Below, in pieces: positions 1-12,596 of a stretch of DNA of 64,000 bases (position 1 is its first letter; the number at the start of each line of letters is the position of its first letter). Under the pieces are notes generated by a model. It was not told the DNA's origin. It saw only the letters and a list, made by a program, of their open reading frames with translations, and searched no databases. Where the stretch lies: positions 7,564,001-7,628,000 of the forward strand of contig OZ038378.1 in the NCBI GenBank assembly GCA_964036045.1, given 5' to 3'. The position numbers and the translations under genes were made by a program. This DNA comes from Eutreptiella sp. 'Long Island Sound 2002' (taxonomy: Eukaryota; Protista; Euglenida).

Positions 1-3000
1 CGGCCCCGGCCATCGACGTGATTGTCCAGCGGCGTTATCCCTCGGTGTACATTGAGAGCGCGGACGGCGCCCCTGAGACGGGCCCCGGCGGGGCTCGGCC
101 GCAGCGGCATGTCCGGTCTGCCCGCGCGGAGGAGAAGGCCGTGGCGGCGCATATGGCTCAGGTGTCCTCCTTGTTCTCGGCTACGGGTACAATTTGTGGC
201 CGGACGGCGCTACTCTACTCCTTCGCCGAGGCCCTCCAAGTATCATGGTCCTGAGTGTGGACTGAATGTACAGTACATGGGGGGGCTCAGGCACAGATTT
301 GTCAACACAATTCATCTCCGACATCGGAGTTGGTATGTGGTCGATGCGACACCCGGCACTCGGGTAGCACTGGTGTGGCATTTGGTGTACCCAGAGTAAG
401 GGGTGGTGGGAAGGGCGTGCATCAGTATGTTGTGGGACGGTAACACACATACAGCCCTAACAAGCCGTACCATTCGGTTGAGTGGCGCGCACGCACGCGT
501 GTGTTGGCAAAAACAAGCATCCGGCAGCTTCTGGCGGTATCTGGCGAGGGGTGGGGCTTGCATCCGGCAGCATCCGGCAACGACGTGCGCTCGCGTGTGC
601 CAACATATCTCTCTGGGACGGTGGGGAAGGTGCCAACACGGAGCGCTTTCAGGGGTCGGTGCCATTGTTGCCTGATTTGTGCTCACTGAGTGTCCCGTAG
701 GTGGGGGTATGTGGGGTATATTCGGAAAGCCCTTGAAAGGGGCTATTTGGAACACCCTGGGTCTGCATGCTGTACTGACAATGTCTTTAAGATCTTTGTC
801 CGTTTTGGACGGTGCCTGTGTTGCCTGCTGCGTCTTTTTGTCAACAGGCAGGTACCATGTCCGCATACAAATTCACGCAACGTGCTGTTGCTTCGCCCGA
901 TGCACCACAAAAGCCTTTGGTACGCAAAAGAGCACGCTCTGGGGGTGTAAAGTGGGTGCAGGTGAGTCGGGACGAGTCGCGGTTTTGCCTGGATGAAATC
1001 AGGGTACAGTGAGGCCATTGCATGGCGCAGGGTCCGGCTGACCAAACAGCGAAATGTTGACCTCACAACTGATGGCCTCTGGGCCATGCCCCTGAACACA
1101 GGGTGGGTACCAGTCAAGGCATGCAGGCTGCAGGACTGGGAGAAATTGAAGAAGTATGTTCCCAGTCACAAGCAGGCGGATGTGTGCCCCAATGGAGTCC
1201 CGGCCCTTGTGGAAAGGCGCAACAATGACAACGAATCGGATTCAGAATAATGAGTGATCCTCAGAGCATTGCCTGTGCCCTGTGTGTCCTTCCGTTTACA
1301 GCTCTTTGTGCAAAACTGTGACCACCTACCCCCACCCCCAACCCATACATTTCTGAAACGGCCTTTTCTCACAGATTTCAAAAAGCATACACATACCCCC
1401 CCCTACGAATTGCGAACTTGCTCCGTGTTGGCACCTTCTGGATGTCCCAGAGAGATATGGCATGCCGGATACTAGTGCCAGGTCTGGATGGGGGTGCCCC
1501 AAAGAGCACACGTATGCACAAATTTTCTTCTCAATAAACTGGGAACTCGACAGCCTCCGGGGGTTTGTGGACCGTCAGTAGTTCGGCAGCCCTGAGAACG
1601 AACATCCACGCGCGTCATCTTGCTTCAGCAGGCACGCGTGCAGGTGGCCGTGGAACAAAGGACTGTCGGGAGGCGGCGGAGTCCAACCCTTTCCCCAATC
1701 TTCCCCATGGCTGTGGTGCGGAAGGGTGAGCGGCCCAGCCTCGGGGCCGCTGTGCTGGGCTTGCTCTGCAGCTGTGAATCTGCGGTTCATGGCACAGCAC
1801 GGGCCACTCTGCATGCACTGCTGTGCGCTGCACAGTGGGTCGCAATGGCCACGGATTGAATGCCTGACTACGGATCAGATGGTGCTGGTGTGGTCATAAA
1901 CGTGTGCCACGCACCCATGCAGTCAATGTGCGTTTGCTCCCCATGGGGCACCATACAGGCGGCGCATTTTCCTTGAACGGAGGACAAATTGCGCCGTTCT
2001 GAACGCTCCGGTGCGTTCCTTTCGACGCCTTTTCGTCAGAGTCAGCAGCGATACCAGTACCACGTGCTTGAGGTGGACAAGCAGCTGCAGGCAGCGCAGG
2101 CGGAGGAGCTGGCGCGGCATGCACAGGCCTCCAAGAGGGCCGCCAGCGACGACGGTATGGGTTTGTACTGGCGTATGATGCGTACCAGCGATGCCGAGGC
2201 CTTCATGAAGTCGCTCCCGCCAGACCAACAGGAGGCACTGCGTGCGGTGATGCACTCAAAGGCCGCGCACGCCGAGAACGGGATGGATCTTTATTGGCGC
2301 ATGATGCGCAGCACCGACGCCGAGGGTTTCGTGCAGTCGCTGCCTCCAGAGCAGCAAGAGGCGTTGCAGGCTGCAGTGCAGGAAAAGCAGAATGAGCAGG
2401 TGCACTGAGCATCTGTACCGTGCCGTGCTGTGCCGAGGTTGGGTTGTTCTGGGATCTGCTGTTCTGTGCTGTGCTGTGCTGTGCTGTGCTGTGCTGTGCT
2501 GTGCTGTGCTGTGTTATGCTGTGCTGTGCTGCATTTTTTTGTCGTCGTCATGTAATTGGGTGCTCGGTTTTTTTTTTGAGCATGGCCCAACACATAAAAT
2601 GCGGCCTGACCATCGGTGTCAACTGTTCATGGTGAGCCGAAGTCTGACAATCGACGGAAGTCTGTACATCCGGATATATATGCTACCAAAGACCAAACAC
2701 TCAGCAATCTCGCGGACCCACCAATTAACCAATCTGCCTAACATGTCTGCTACACCAAGATATATGTGCGTATGATGCAAAGCAGAGGAACCATGCACAC
2801 CGGGTGGGTCCGGGGGCTGGAATCAACTGTAGACGTGCTCAGGTTGGTGACTGTATTTAATCGATTTTGAGGCGATTTTTCGAAATCAACTTGTCGGCGA
2901 TGTTTAGTTTCGATGCACCCGCGACAGAGTGATGCGGCGCTTGCGAAATGTTGTGCACCTTCTCAGGCCCGCGAGCGAGAACAGTTGCTGAAGCAGCGCA

Positions 3001-6000
3001 TCGACGACGATCCGCTTATGGCAAAGCGCAACGTGTTGGAGATCACGCGGATTCGGGTCTCGGACCACTGCACGACGGTATCGGAGAGCGACGCGGTGAT
3101 ATCCATGTGGAACATGGATTCGGTAGTGACGTGCAGCGTGTGGGTGGAAGGGCGCCGCCTCATCCTCTTTGGTGTCAGCCCCGCCAAGGCTGCAGCACAG
3201 GGGCAGGTGTGTGTGCATTGTTGTGGCATGGTCCCTCCCTGTTGTGGCCCTTTGGCAGCGCGGTTGTGGAGGCGCTGTGGGTGCGTTTGGGATGGCACAG
3301 CCTCCGGTACCCTGACAAGACCCTTGAAGGGCCTCCAGTGCCCTGACACGACCTTCATACATCCTCTGGCACCACTGGTACCCTGGCATGACCTTCATAC
3401 AGACACACATACACACATCTTTTCACACTCACAAACTGACCCCCGACCATAGCACAACTGACCTATGCTGATGCATGTTGCAAGGGCATGAGGCTTCAAG
3501 CAATAGTCGGGCTCCTGCGTTCTTGGACGGCGTCGCTAAACCACAAACACAGCCTGTGATGCTTTGGTAAGCTGCACAATGAACCAGGGCCATACTCTCT
3601 CTTCTGTAGAGCGTGGCAATGGCGTCAACAGGTCAACATGCACATTTTTTCTTGCTGGTCGCTTTTCCCCCCTACCCAGTCTCCACAACGGTCACGAACC
3701 ATAACACTGCGGCGCCCCGTCGGAAGCATGGAAGCAAGTCCCCGAGCACTCTACCTTGACCTCATCCTCGACCCCTGCCTCAACCTCGCGCCCGCATGGA
3801 TTTGCATGTATTCTTCGAATCAGGGGCCCATACAATTGTCCGTGGGACGCCGCACGCGGTGGCTGGAGGCCCCGGTCGTCCACGTTGCAAGGGTCTTACC
3901 ACGCACTGTGGCTTCCCTGCAGTCATTGCTGCTCAGCGGCCGCGCGTTGGAGGAGTTCGACGCTGTGGGCGTCATCCTCCGAATCTCCGAGACACGGGTG
4001 GTGCCCGTCAGCACCGGAGACATGCATGTGACTTCTGCATGGCTGACGGACTGTCGCGACTCCGGCGCTGATGGGGGGGCAGCGGTCCTGGGTGTCGCCA
4101 TTCGCGAATTCCCCGGGTCCCGTACCATCGATGCGTCGCAGCTGCGGCCGGGGCACGTGTTCTGCTTCCAGAATCTGCGCCTGAGCTCGACGCACGCGGA
4201 GGCGGAGGTCACGGACGTGACGGTGATCATGGAACATTCCCGAGCGGCGTACCTCAGCGCGGAACGTGAGCGTATCCTGGAGGTCTTACGGCAGAATCCA
4301 GGGTACTGTGAGCAGCTGCAGCACTCACTCCACGATGAGTTCGGAGCTGCGAGTCCTCGTGAGCCTTCCGGGAACAGGTGCTGGGCGTACCTTTTGGGTA
4401 GCGATGGCACTAAGCCGGAACGGGGGGTTGCAGACTCCCTCCAGCGCCGCAACCTCCCTCCCCTACACCGCCAAGGGAGGTTGAGGACAGCTGACTCGGC
4501 AGCAGGGCCTCCATCTACAGAGATTTGCATGATACACACCGCTTGCTCTTCTGAGCCCGCGAATGGGAAGTGCAAATTTTTTGTTACGGCCTGTTTATAC
4601 CCAGGCTCATGACGGCGGTATCTATGCAGCGGCAGGGCTGCTTCACCCATTTCGAAGCCTTTCTTATTGTTCACCTGTGGCACATTCTCGGATGTGACTT
4701 ACGAGTTGCATCCATACCAATGATACCCCATTTTGCACACCCCTGTTTCAGAAAACACTACGAGCAACCCATTTCCAGACCTCAAATTCTTTCTTGATTT
4801 CCCAAAACAGGGCAGGTGGGAGGGGTGGGGTGGTTGGGCGCCCGCTAGACCCTTTTTTTGTTTCAATTACACATCCTCAACCTGGGATACAATATTTCGG
4901 TGCTTCGCTACATTGTTTCGTGCGTGCGTGCGCGTGCGCGCATGTGTGCGTCCACACTCATGGTGAGCCCATGAGTGTTTGCTGAATCCAAGTTGTTTAC
5001 ATATGTCCCAGGTTCAGGAATGATATTATCACAAGACACGAAAGAAAAAATTAGAAATAGATAATTGGTTGCAATTTTGTTGTTGTTTTTAATTGTAATT
5101 TCAAGGTTGACATATTGAACAAAGTTCAGATCTTTTTGAGAGCGATGTGCGTGCAATACTGACAAGGCGCAAGGCCAGAGGTTCGCAGGTTAGGGCTGGC
5201 TCACTGCCTGCACTACCCTTCCCCACCCACCCCGTCGATCACAGTGTGGCGGAAGGACCGGGGCCTCCCGGTCAAGTTATCTCACCTGATGCCCTCCCGG
5301 GCGCCCTAGAGCTCTCTCCATGTACCATAGGTGGCACCTCTGATCCCCCCCGAGCAACCGGACAATAGACATTGTAGAGCTTCCCTTGGTAGACTAGATA
5401 GCTAATGCTCTCTGAAAGGGGTCGGAGTTGTGAGGAATTCTGCTTGCGGGCTGCCGCATTGCGATCCAAACTGCAGAAGTATCTGTAAGAGGCCCTCTAT
5501 GATGTCCACCTTCCAATTTGCCAAAATGCCGTCCAATTACCTTCTCCATTGTCATTTGGATCTCGGTCCAGTTGAGGTAGAGAGTGAATTCCTTCTCGAA
5601 CCATGTTTGTTCGACCAGTCCTCTCCTGGCACAAACTGCTAGCTATGGGGTTCTTGATATAGGATGCCAAAGTGTTGGTGTGCAGATGCCTGTCCTGGTG
5701 CGCGGAGGAAATGCTGAAGAGGCTCGCCGGAAAAGGCTTGATGTGCCACACTGGCTGTGCAGCTATTTTTGGATTGCCACCGTTCATCCATTGTGCATGA
5801 AGCGCAGGCCATGAGCGTGCTGTATGGTGTACATGCACTCTGGCTGCCCTCCTGCCTTGCACTATGTGTGCACTGGGAAGCCCACAGCGTTTGGCAGCTG
5901 CCCGCTGAGCCCATTCCTACATGCCCGCGCTCCCACACTCCAAAAGACACCCCGAGCACAGCACATACGACAAAACAAGCAAGGATAATCACGGGTGCCA

Positions 6001-8044
6001 TCTCAATGATGGGTCCATCTCCACCTGTGCGATGTCGCTTTCCCAACAAATGTCATGATGTGTTCCGACACACTGCAAGTACCAAGCCAGAAAAACCATG
6101 ATAGCAATCGTTTTTGCGTCAAATGCAGGTGGCCTCATCATTTGCGGTGTGCCTCGTATGCTGCCCCCTCCAACCCACCTGTGTGAGCTGCTCGCCTGAG
6201 GCTACTGCCAGTGCATGGACGGTGTGAGTTTATCTTTTTTAGTCAGCTTATTTGCCGAAACCCTCGCTCCCCTCGCCCCCACCCTCCAGGGCTCGGTCAC
6301 GGCAGCCCTTGCGGGGCAGCGGGGAAAGTGCCCCCCCCCCCCCGTGCCTAGGAACCGCCTTGCGCAAGAACCGCCCCCTGGTTCCGCGGTCGAATTCTTG
6401 CACCACTTTTTTTTACCAGGGTATTGGGGTTTTCATGGTTCTGGTGGATGCAGGACAGCTATTCAGGTGTGCAGGACAACATTTCATGTGTGTTGCTACG
6501 GGTCCCCCCATCATCAGGGGGAACCCTATTAGTCAGTCACAGGCGCACATGCCCCTTAAACCCCTCCCCCCTGCTCTCGACCCCTTCCCCGAAGCAACCA
6601 GCCCCTGACAAGGAAACAAACAAAAGTCAATTAAACACGTCCGAACCAGTTGAACATTAGATCATTCCATGCACGTTGGAAGGCACACTACAGCCCAGTC
6701 AGCTGAGATTCACTCCTTTGGGGTTCATTTGTCAAGGTGGTTAACTGTGGGAAAGGAGAGGGCGCGCATGCCCCGGCGCAATGCGCCGGAAAATTTTTTT
6801 TCCGCGGTACGGGGCTGCCCACGGTCATGCGTAAGAACCAACCCCTGGTTCCGCGGTCGAATTTTTGGGGGAAAGTGTGCGCAAGAACTGCCCCCTGGTT
6901 CCGCGGTCAAACATTGCCGGTTCCTGGGCACGGGGGTGGGGGGGGGGTAGGCTCCAACATCCTGCACTCTCGGTTTCCCCATCCCATGCTCTGCTCTCTT
7001 TGTTACCCGAACTCTGCACCCCTGCCCTTGCCCAGGCGGCTTCACACTCCGTCGGTCGCCCCGTCCCTACTGCCTCCCGCAAGCCTCCCCACTGCCCCGA
7101 ACACTCCGAAGGTGCACTCCTTCGGCAACCTCCGCGTGACCGATACACAGCCCGTCACGATTCTGGGGCCTGCAGGCCTCAAATACCATCTTTCCACGGC
7201 CCTCGTGCCCCACTGCCTGTCCGCCGCCCGCCTGCCGGCCGAGCCCCGCACCACCGCCAGTTCCTGCCCAAGCGCGAAGGAGGGGCCCCCTGCGGCATTC
7301 GCCAGCCCGCCCCCCGCCCCGTGCGCCTGCCTGGGGCACTTCGACGACGGCAGTCAGCTGCTGATGGTGGCCTTTGAAGGACCGGTGCTGGAGGCCCTGC
7401 TCCTGCACGAGGGCTCCCCCGTGCGAATGGCGCTGCTGGAGCTCGCGCGGACCGGGTGGCTGCCTCCCGCTCCCAGCGAAGGGGGCGAGGCAGACCCCCC
7501 TGCCCCCAACGCCGATCATGCCCCGACCCCCGACTGTGGGGCCGGGCCGTCCGCGGCGTGCCAGGGCCCTCCGGCCGAGGACCCGGGGGGTGTTCTGCAG
7601 CAGCTCGCGGCGCTGCGCGCGCGCGCGTTGCAGGAGCTCCCGGGCGGCCTACCTCAGCACCTGCAGCACGTCCTCGGCTGCAGCTGCGTCCTGAACGACC
7701 TGCAGCTCCGCGATTTCAGCGGCGACACGGCCGTAGAGGCCGCGCTCGTGCGCCGGTACCGGCCGCAGGTGTGCCGGCCCGGCCCCGATCGTGGCGTGAC
7801 CCCGGGTGCCATGGCCCCCGGTGCGACCCCCGGACCCGCTGTTCTGTGGTGGTGCGAGGGGCAGTGGGCCCGGATGGTGGGGCATCTGCTGTGCTGCCTC
7901 CGCGCGTTCCTCAAGGTGACCATCGCCCCGGTCCCGCAGGCGGATCCGTTGGTGGCGGCGGCACTGCAGCCCGTGTGGCGCGTGTCGTATGTGCACAACT
8001 TTGGGCAGCGCTGTCAGATCCGGGACTTGCTCAGCGCCGGTTGA
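1..8044 (+). CDS. BRCA2: BRCA2-like DNA-binding protein, 3' part; join(<1..161,2040..2399,2967..3206,3824..4377,7036..8044)
   Basis: Exon peptides align by eye, in order, with the BRCA2 DNA-binding domain: AIDVIVQRRYPSVYIE..RSARAEEKA (cf. human VDVIIQRAYPIQWME..RNEREEEKE), DGMGLYWRM..PDQQEAL (cf. DGAELYEAV..SEEQLRAL), RNVLEITRIRV..AVISMWN..EGRRLILFGVSP (cf. RDVTTVWKLRI..VILSIWR..EGKRYRIYHLAT), IQLSVGRRTRW (cf. IQLAATKKTQY), EFDAVGVI/WLTD/LRPGHVFCFQNLRL (OB3). Introns 162-2039, 2400-2966, 3207-3823 and 4378-7035 are all GT..AG with matching phases (0,0,0,2). The last exon join is less certain than the others. The gene start lies upstream of the window. Confidence 0.85.
631..848 (+). repeat. 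Truncated copy of the MITE-like family seen at 46371-47210
   Basis: tgccaacacgg..ggtgccattgttg..cactgagtgtcccg..ggtatgtggggtatattcgg..tatttggaacacc..gggtctgcatg..ggtgcctgtgttgc..tttgtcaaca matches 46374-46588, then the two diverge. Confidence 0.85.
2457..2530. repeat. (CTGTG)n pentanucleotide microsatellite in BRCA2 intron
   Basis: Direct reading of the sequence. Confidence 0.95.
6331..6948. mobile_element. MITE-like element with terminal inverted repeats and subterminal direct repeats
   Basis: Left ccccgtgcctaggaacc is nearly the reverse complement of right ggttcctgggcacgggg. Three copies of gcg(c/t)aagaac..cccctggttccgcggtc occur near 6361, 6829 and 6879. No TSD could be resolved because the ends are poly-C/poly-G. 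Confidence 0.6.
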
Positions 8045-11000
8045 GCGCCGACGTTGAAGCGGGGGATACCTCCAGAGGGGCCTGTTCGGTGTCCATTCGG
8101 GAACGGGCGCGCCCGGAGCCCGCCCTTTGGGGCCAACTGTTGACGGTGCACCACCCGCCGCTCGTGGCGACCAGCCCCACTTTGTGCGGGTAACCGCCGA
8201 ACACCATCGGTCGGCCACTAACCACCAGGTCCCCCGCCGGCGGCCTCTGGGCAGCCTCGGACACACCCCTAAAACAGCGGAAAGCGAGGGTCTCTTCAAG
8301 GGGAACGTTTGTGATCACTCCAGTTTTTCGAAGGTTCCGAATTCAGTGCGCCTTTCATTTGGAGCCCCCGCTTTCCCCCAGGGCCCTCTCCCCTCCTGAC
8401 GCCGCCACCACGCCCACAGTCCAGTCGTCGATGGGCCCGTGGTACGAGACAGGGCCGTCGAGGGCCTCCTCTACACCCCGATGCAGCCCCCCCCCCCCCC
8501 CCCCACTGCCCCTGTTCCTGTTCTTCGGTGGCCGCTGTGTTCCTCAACACAGCGGACGGAGAATGTACGCAGAAGTCAGTGGGGGTGGCACATGCAGTTT
8601 CGCTGCTTCGCGAGTCTATTGCGCGGTGCCAGTGCACTCGGGGGCGGGGGTCGGGCGTGAATCGGACCCTCGCTCTCCAGCGCCGAATGGTTTGAGAATT
8701 GAGAGGCGTTGCCGGGGGAGTACAGGCAGTGGACCGTGGCAAGGCACGACCGCATTGTCGTTGTGTCGCAGCTCGAACTGACCGCCGGGCGTATGTGATG
8801 GTCCTGGACACAACAAGTGCCTGGTACCCCTCCTTGACTCAGCGCCGGTTTGTTTGACTGGATGACCCCCCCCCCCCCCGCGGGAGTGCAGGGGCGCAAG
8901 GGGGAGGGGCTACCGACAGACCGCAGACCCGGAGGAATCCGACGGGCCTCCTCTGGTGTGCTCTGATTTCCGTGAAGTGGGACACCAATGTCAAGCAGCA
9001 GTCCGCAAGAGGGTCCGGGCGTGTACGGGCGTGTACGGGGGGACGTCGATCGGAAGGCCATTGCTCAGTGAACAACTGCATCGGAATGGACCTGAAATGA
9101 ACTGGCCTTGGCCAAACGTGGCCGTGGAATCGAAACATCGCCCTCGCCCACAAAATTCGGATCAGGAAGTTTACGCTGCGGGGCCATCAAACCTCCACAT
9201 TTTTTTTTGGATTCGCATTCAGCGGACCGTGCCCGGGAATGCCATCAGTGTTAGCCGAGGGCCACCATGTCACGGCCCAGAGTCAGGAGCGCCGTGGCCT
9301 GTCTTTTGTTTATGTTTTGGCTCGGGGATGCCTCAAGTTTTATCCCCCCACCCCCCCACACACCTGCCGACATTCCGTGTCCAACTGTCCAACGAACAGC
9401 GGCTGTTGGACCCGTATGAATTGGGACCCCATTTGACTTGACACACCACACACCACGTTTGGGGTCACAACATTTGGATTGAGCAAACGGGGAAATGGAA
9501 GCCACATCGTTGCGTCTTTGGAAGAGCGATCGTGATTCGTGGCTGTGAGGCACAAAGACCTCTCACTTGTGGGGCCTGTTGCGTGGGGAGGGTCTCTGGT
9601 GCTCACAGGGCACGGTCACGAGAGGGGCCGGGCGCACACAACACACCCCAAGCGCGTGCTGCACGTATTTTTTTTGCACGCAATCGCGTTTTACCGTCCT
9701 GCTCACAAGTCCACGCCTATTGACACATTCGTGCATCCGACACACCTGTGGCCTCATCGCATCAGTGCACAGGGCAAGGGATCATCAGTCCCAGGCATCG
9801 ATTGCAGCTTTGTGTGCTTCCACCCTTTCGCCAAGTGCCATCCAGGGGCTTACGCATCGTCCTGGGGTGTCCGGTGAGTGCTCTCCTTTGCCTGTGTACA
9901 ACTCCGGGTCGCCAGTGGGGGAGCACTCGACGCGGCGTGGGGGCGCGTCCATGAGGGCAACTGTCCAGCGGGGACGAAAAGAGCACACTACAAAGTGTGC
10001 AATACTGGGAAATGATGATGGGAACCAGTAGTAGGAGGTGGTACTGTCCCCGCGGTGCGTGCGCGCTGTGCGGCAACGCCCCCCCCCCCCCCCATCCCAT
10101 CCCTTCCCACATCATTGGTCTAAAGGCCGAAAGTGCCCATGGCGGCGGCATTCAGTCAATAAGAACCGACCATTGCTCTCTCTCCTCCCCTCCCTTGGGG
10201 TGACATTGCTGGGCACTCTGGAAGTCTGTGCTCCTCTTCTTCTTCTTTGACAACGATGATGTCCCAGTCCCTGTCACAGCTCGGCAATTGATAAACTCCT
10301 CCGCTCAATGCTTTTGGGTTCCAGAAGCCCTGCTGGACAGTCGGCCCAGTGTGAGGTAAGGCTTGGGGCCAGTACTTGTCAAAACTGAAGCGGTGGCCCG
10401 CTGATTTGGGGAGGATAGTCGACCCCACTTGGTGCGAGGTGAGGCTTGGGGCTTCACATAGAACCCTTAGTTGTTAAAATGTGAAACAACAGGACGTTTG
10501 TGGTGGGGTGGATAGTGGACCTCACTTTGGAGGCCTAGTACTCTTAGTAGACATCATCAATTTCAATAAAACAAGGTTTTGGTCAGGGGAGGGGGATGGG
10601 GGTCCAACAGAAAGATCCTCAGGGCAACATCAAAGTTTTCTACCTGAAAAACATTTTGGGCCATTTTCGGTGCAGAAGCCCTTGGGTCTCAGACCCGCCC
10701 CCCCCTAAAGCGTGTGTGTCGAAGGGGAGGGGGGCTGTCGTGAGGGTTTTTTTTTTGCATCTTTCACAGTTCCAAGGTTCCAAGGGGGGGGGGGGACTGA
10801 AGCATGCTGGTGGTGGTGATTGAGAAGCGATCTTTGTCAAGTCTCCGTGGTTTCGAAAAGGTCCGGTCAACCTGGGATCCATGCGCCGCGCGCACTCCAT
10901 GCTGGCCATGAATATGCCGGGCCGCATCTCTGTGCATCACTGAAACCCCTCGCCAGGCGGCAAAGATGTCCTGAAAAACGGTGTGTGTGAGGGCCGCCAT

Positions 11001-11897
11001 CCCCCACCCCCCCCTGCGCCCTTGAATAGTAACCAGATGCCGGGAGGGGCAAGGGGACCGTCAATTTCTGTTTTGTAAATTTTACTTAAAAGGTTGGATG
11101 TTAAGCTTCTCCTGTGCGTTTGCTGGTTGGACAAGGTGGTGTTATTTCTGCATTGCTGTGTACTTCAGATTACTTGCATCCAAGGCATTCCACCGTACCC
11201 TGTATACTGCAGATCACTTAGTTGTTCGCACTTTCAGCCATGGATGTTGATCATTTTCACACGTACCCACCTTGGCTTTGGCCAGGAAATGGGACAGCCA
11301 TTGGGACTAGTTGAAGCCCCATCAGTTGCAAGAATAGTGGCTGGCTTTCCGCCGCCGGCAATGGGTAACCACCTGCCGAATTGCAAGACACCGGCATGGC
11401 GGTGAGGATGGGTTCGTTCAGCCGCTCGTTCTGTGCTATCAGGCCAACATCCACAGAGTTATTCGCCGGTGTGATTCCAGACTAATTCCAGACTAACAAA
11501 TCAAGTACTCCCGCCAGAAAAAGTGGCACACAGAGCCTGTCTCTCAGTAGAGCTGAACATGCATCCCAACAGGCAGTCTCCGGGTCATTTTGTGGTTCAT
11601 ATGCCCTCGTGTCTGCATGTCTTGTTTGGTGTCGCGCACCCCTTGCATAGTAATTTGGGGGGGGGGGGGCGAGGGGACCATCACTTGGGGTATGTCCACT
11701 TGGGGGTGCGAGGATGCCGTTGTGCGCGGGTGGTTACTGTCCAGGGGCCGGGGGCACACAAAAGGCTGTGTCATTCGCAAGCCACAGAGCTCCTGCATCA
11801 TACTTCGAAGAACCCCCCCTCCCCCCCAACCACAATGAGGTGCCTCAATACCAAGATCTCATTGACATGGGCAGACGTTTTCTTTACAAAACAGGAA

Positions 11898-11990
11898 GAA
11901 CACACCACAAAGACACCTGTCGTACAGTCGGACGATTCTTCTGCGCACCATGAACAGTCCCCCCCCGACCACCACCAAAGATCCCCCCAC
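11898..11990 (+). repeat. Dispersed repeat, inverted relative to the copy at 13500-13596
   Basis: gaacacaccacaaagacacctgtcgtacagtcggacgattcttctgcgc..atgaaca..ccgaccaccaccaaaga is the approximate reverse complement of 13500-13596. Confidence 0.85.
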
Positions 11991-12580
11991 TATCAAACAT
12001 GTGTCTAGACTTGAATGTCGTTGCCCCCCCCCCCCCCCGCCACAATGGACCCCGTGCCCCCCAGCCTTTCCATGAACACCGGCCTTGTCTAAGCATAGCA
12101 GCCCTGTCCTGTTCTTTAAAGCACTTTTTGTGATGGACGGTGAGAGCCTGTAAGATGACATGTTTGTGAGCCGACTGTACTGAGTGGGGCAGAGGGGCTG
12201 GGTCATGCCTGTGAAGAATTGTTTGGGCTGATAATGCCGGTGGGCTTGAGACTGCAACACAGTTCTACTTGTTTTTGATGTGATGTTTGAGCCATGGGTA
12301 TTGTTGCAAGACGCGGCATGGCGGTCACTGACATCCGCCTCACCACTGTTGACCATGTACCTGCCACTGTTATCTTTACTGTTGCATTGTTCCAATCATT
12401 CTTCTGAATCCTGAGGGTTCTGCATGGCACATTGCTTGCCATTGCTGGTGCATGTCCACTCGGCAGCAATCTCCATCGGGCATCCGGACTTGTTTGGGTG
12501 CTTGTCAGCAGTTGTGTCACCAAAAGGCGCCGGAACAAACCGTTGCTGCACGGTGACCTCCGTCGCGCCCGTGCCGTTTC

Positions 12581-12586
12581 GCACAG
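12581..12586 (+). promoter_or_regulatory. Candidate spliced-leader trans-splice acceptor for the rubrerythrin-like gene
   Basis: ..ccgtttcgcacAG lies 10 nt upstream of ATG 12597. Assumes a euglenozoan host; inference only. Confidence 0.4.
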
Positions 12587-12596
12587 CCCCAACACA

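Noticed and set aside
6737-7035. N-terminal 100 aa of the 435-aa ORF 6737-8044
   Set aside because: It reads through a MITE-like element in the intron; coding sequence most likely starts at the acceptor at 7036.
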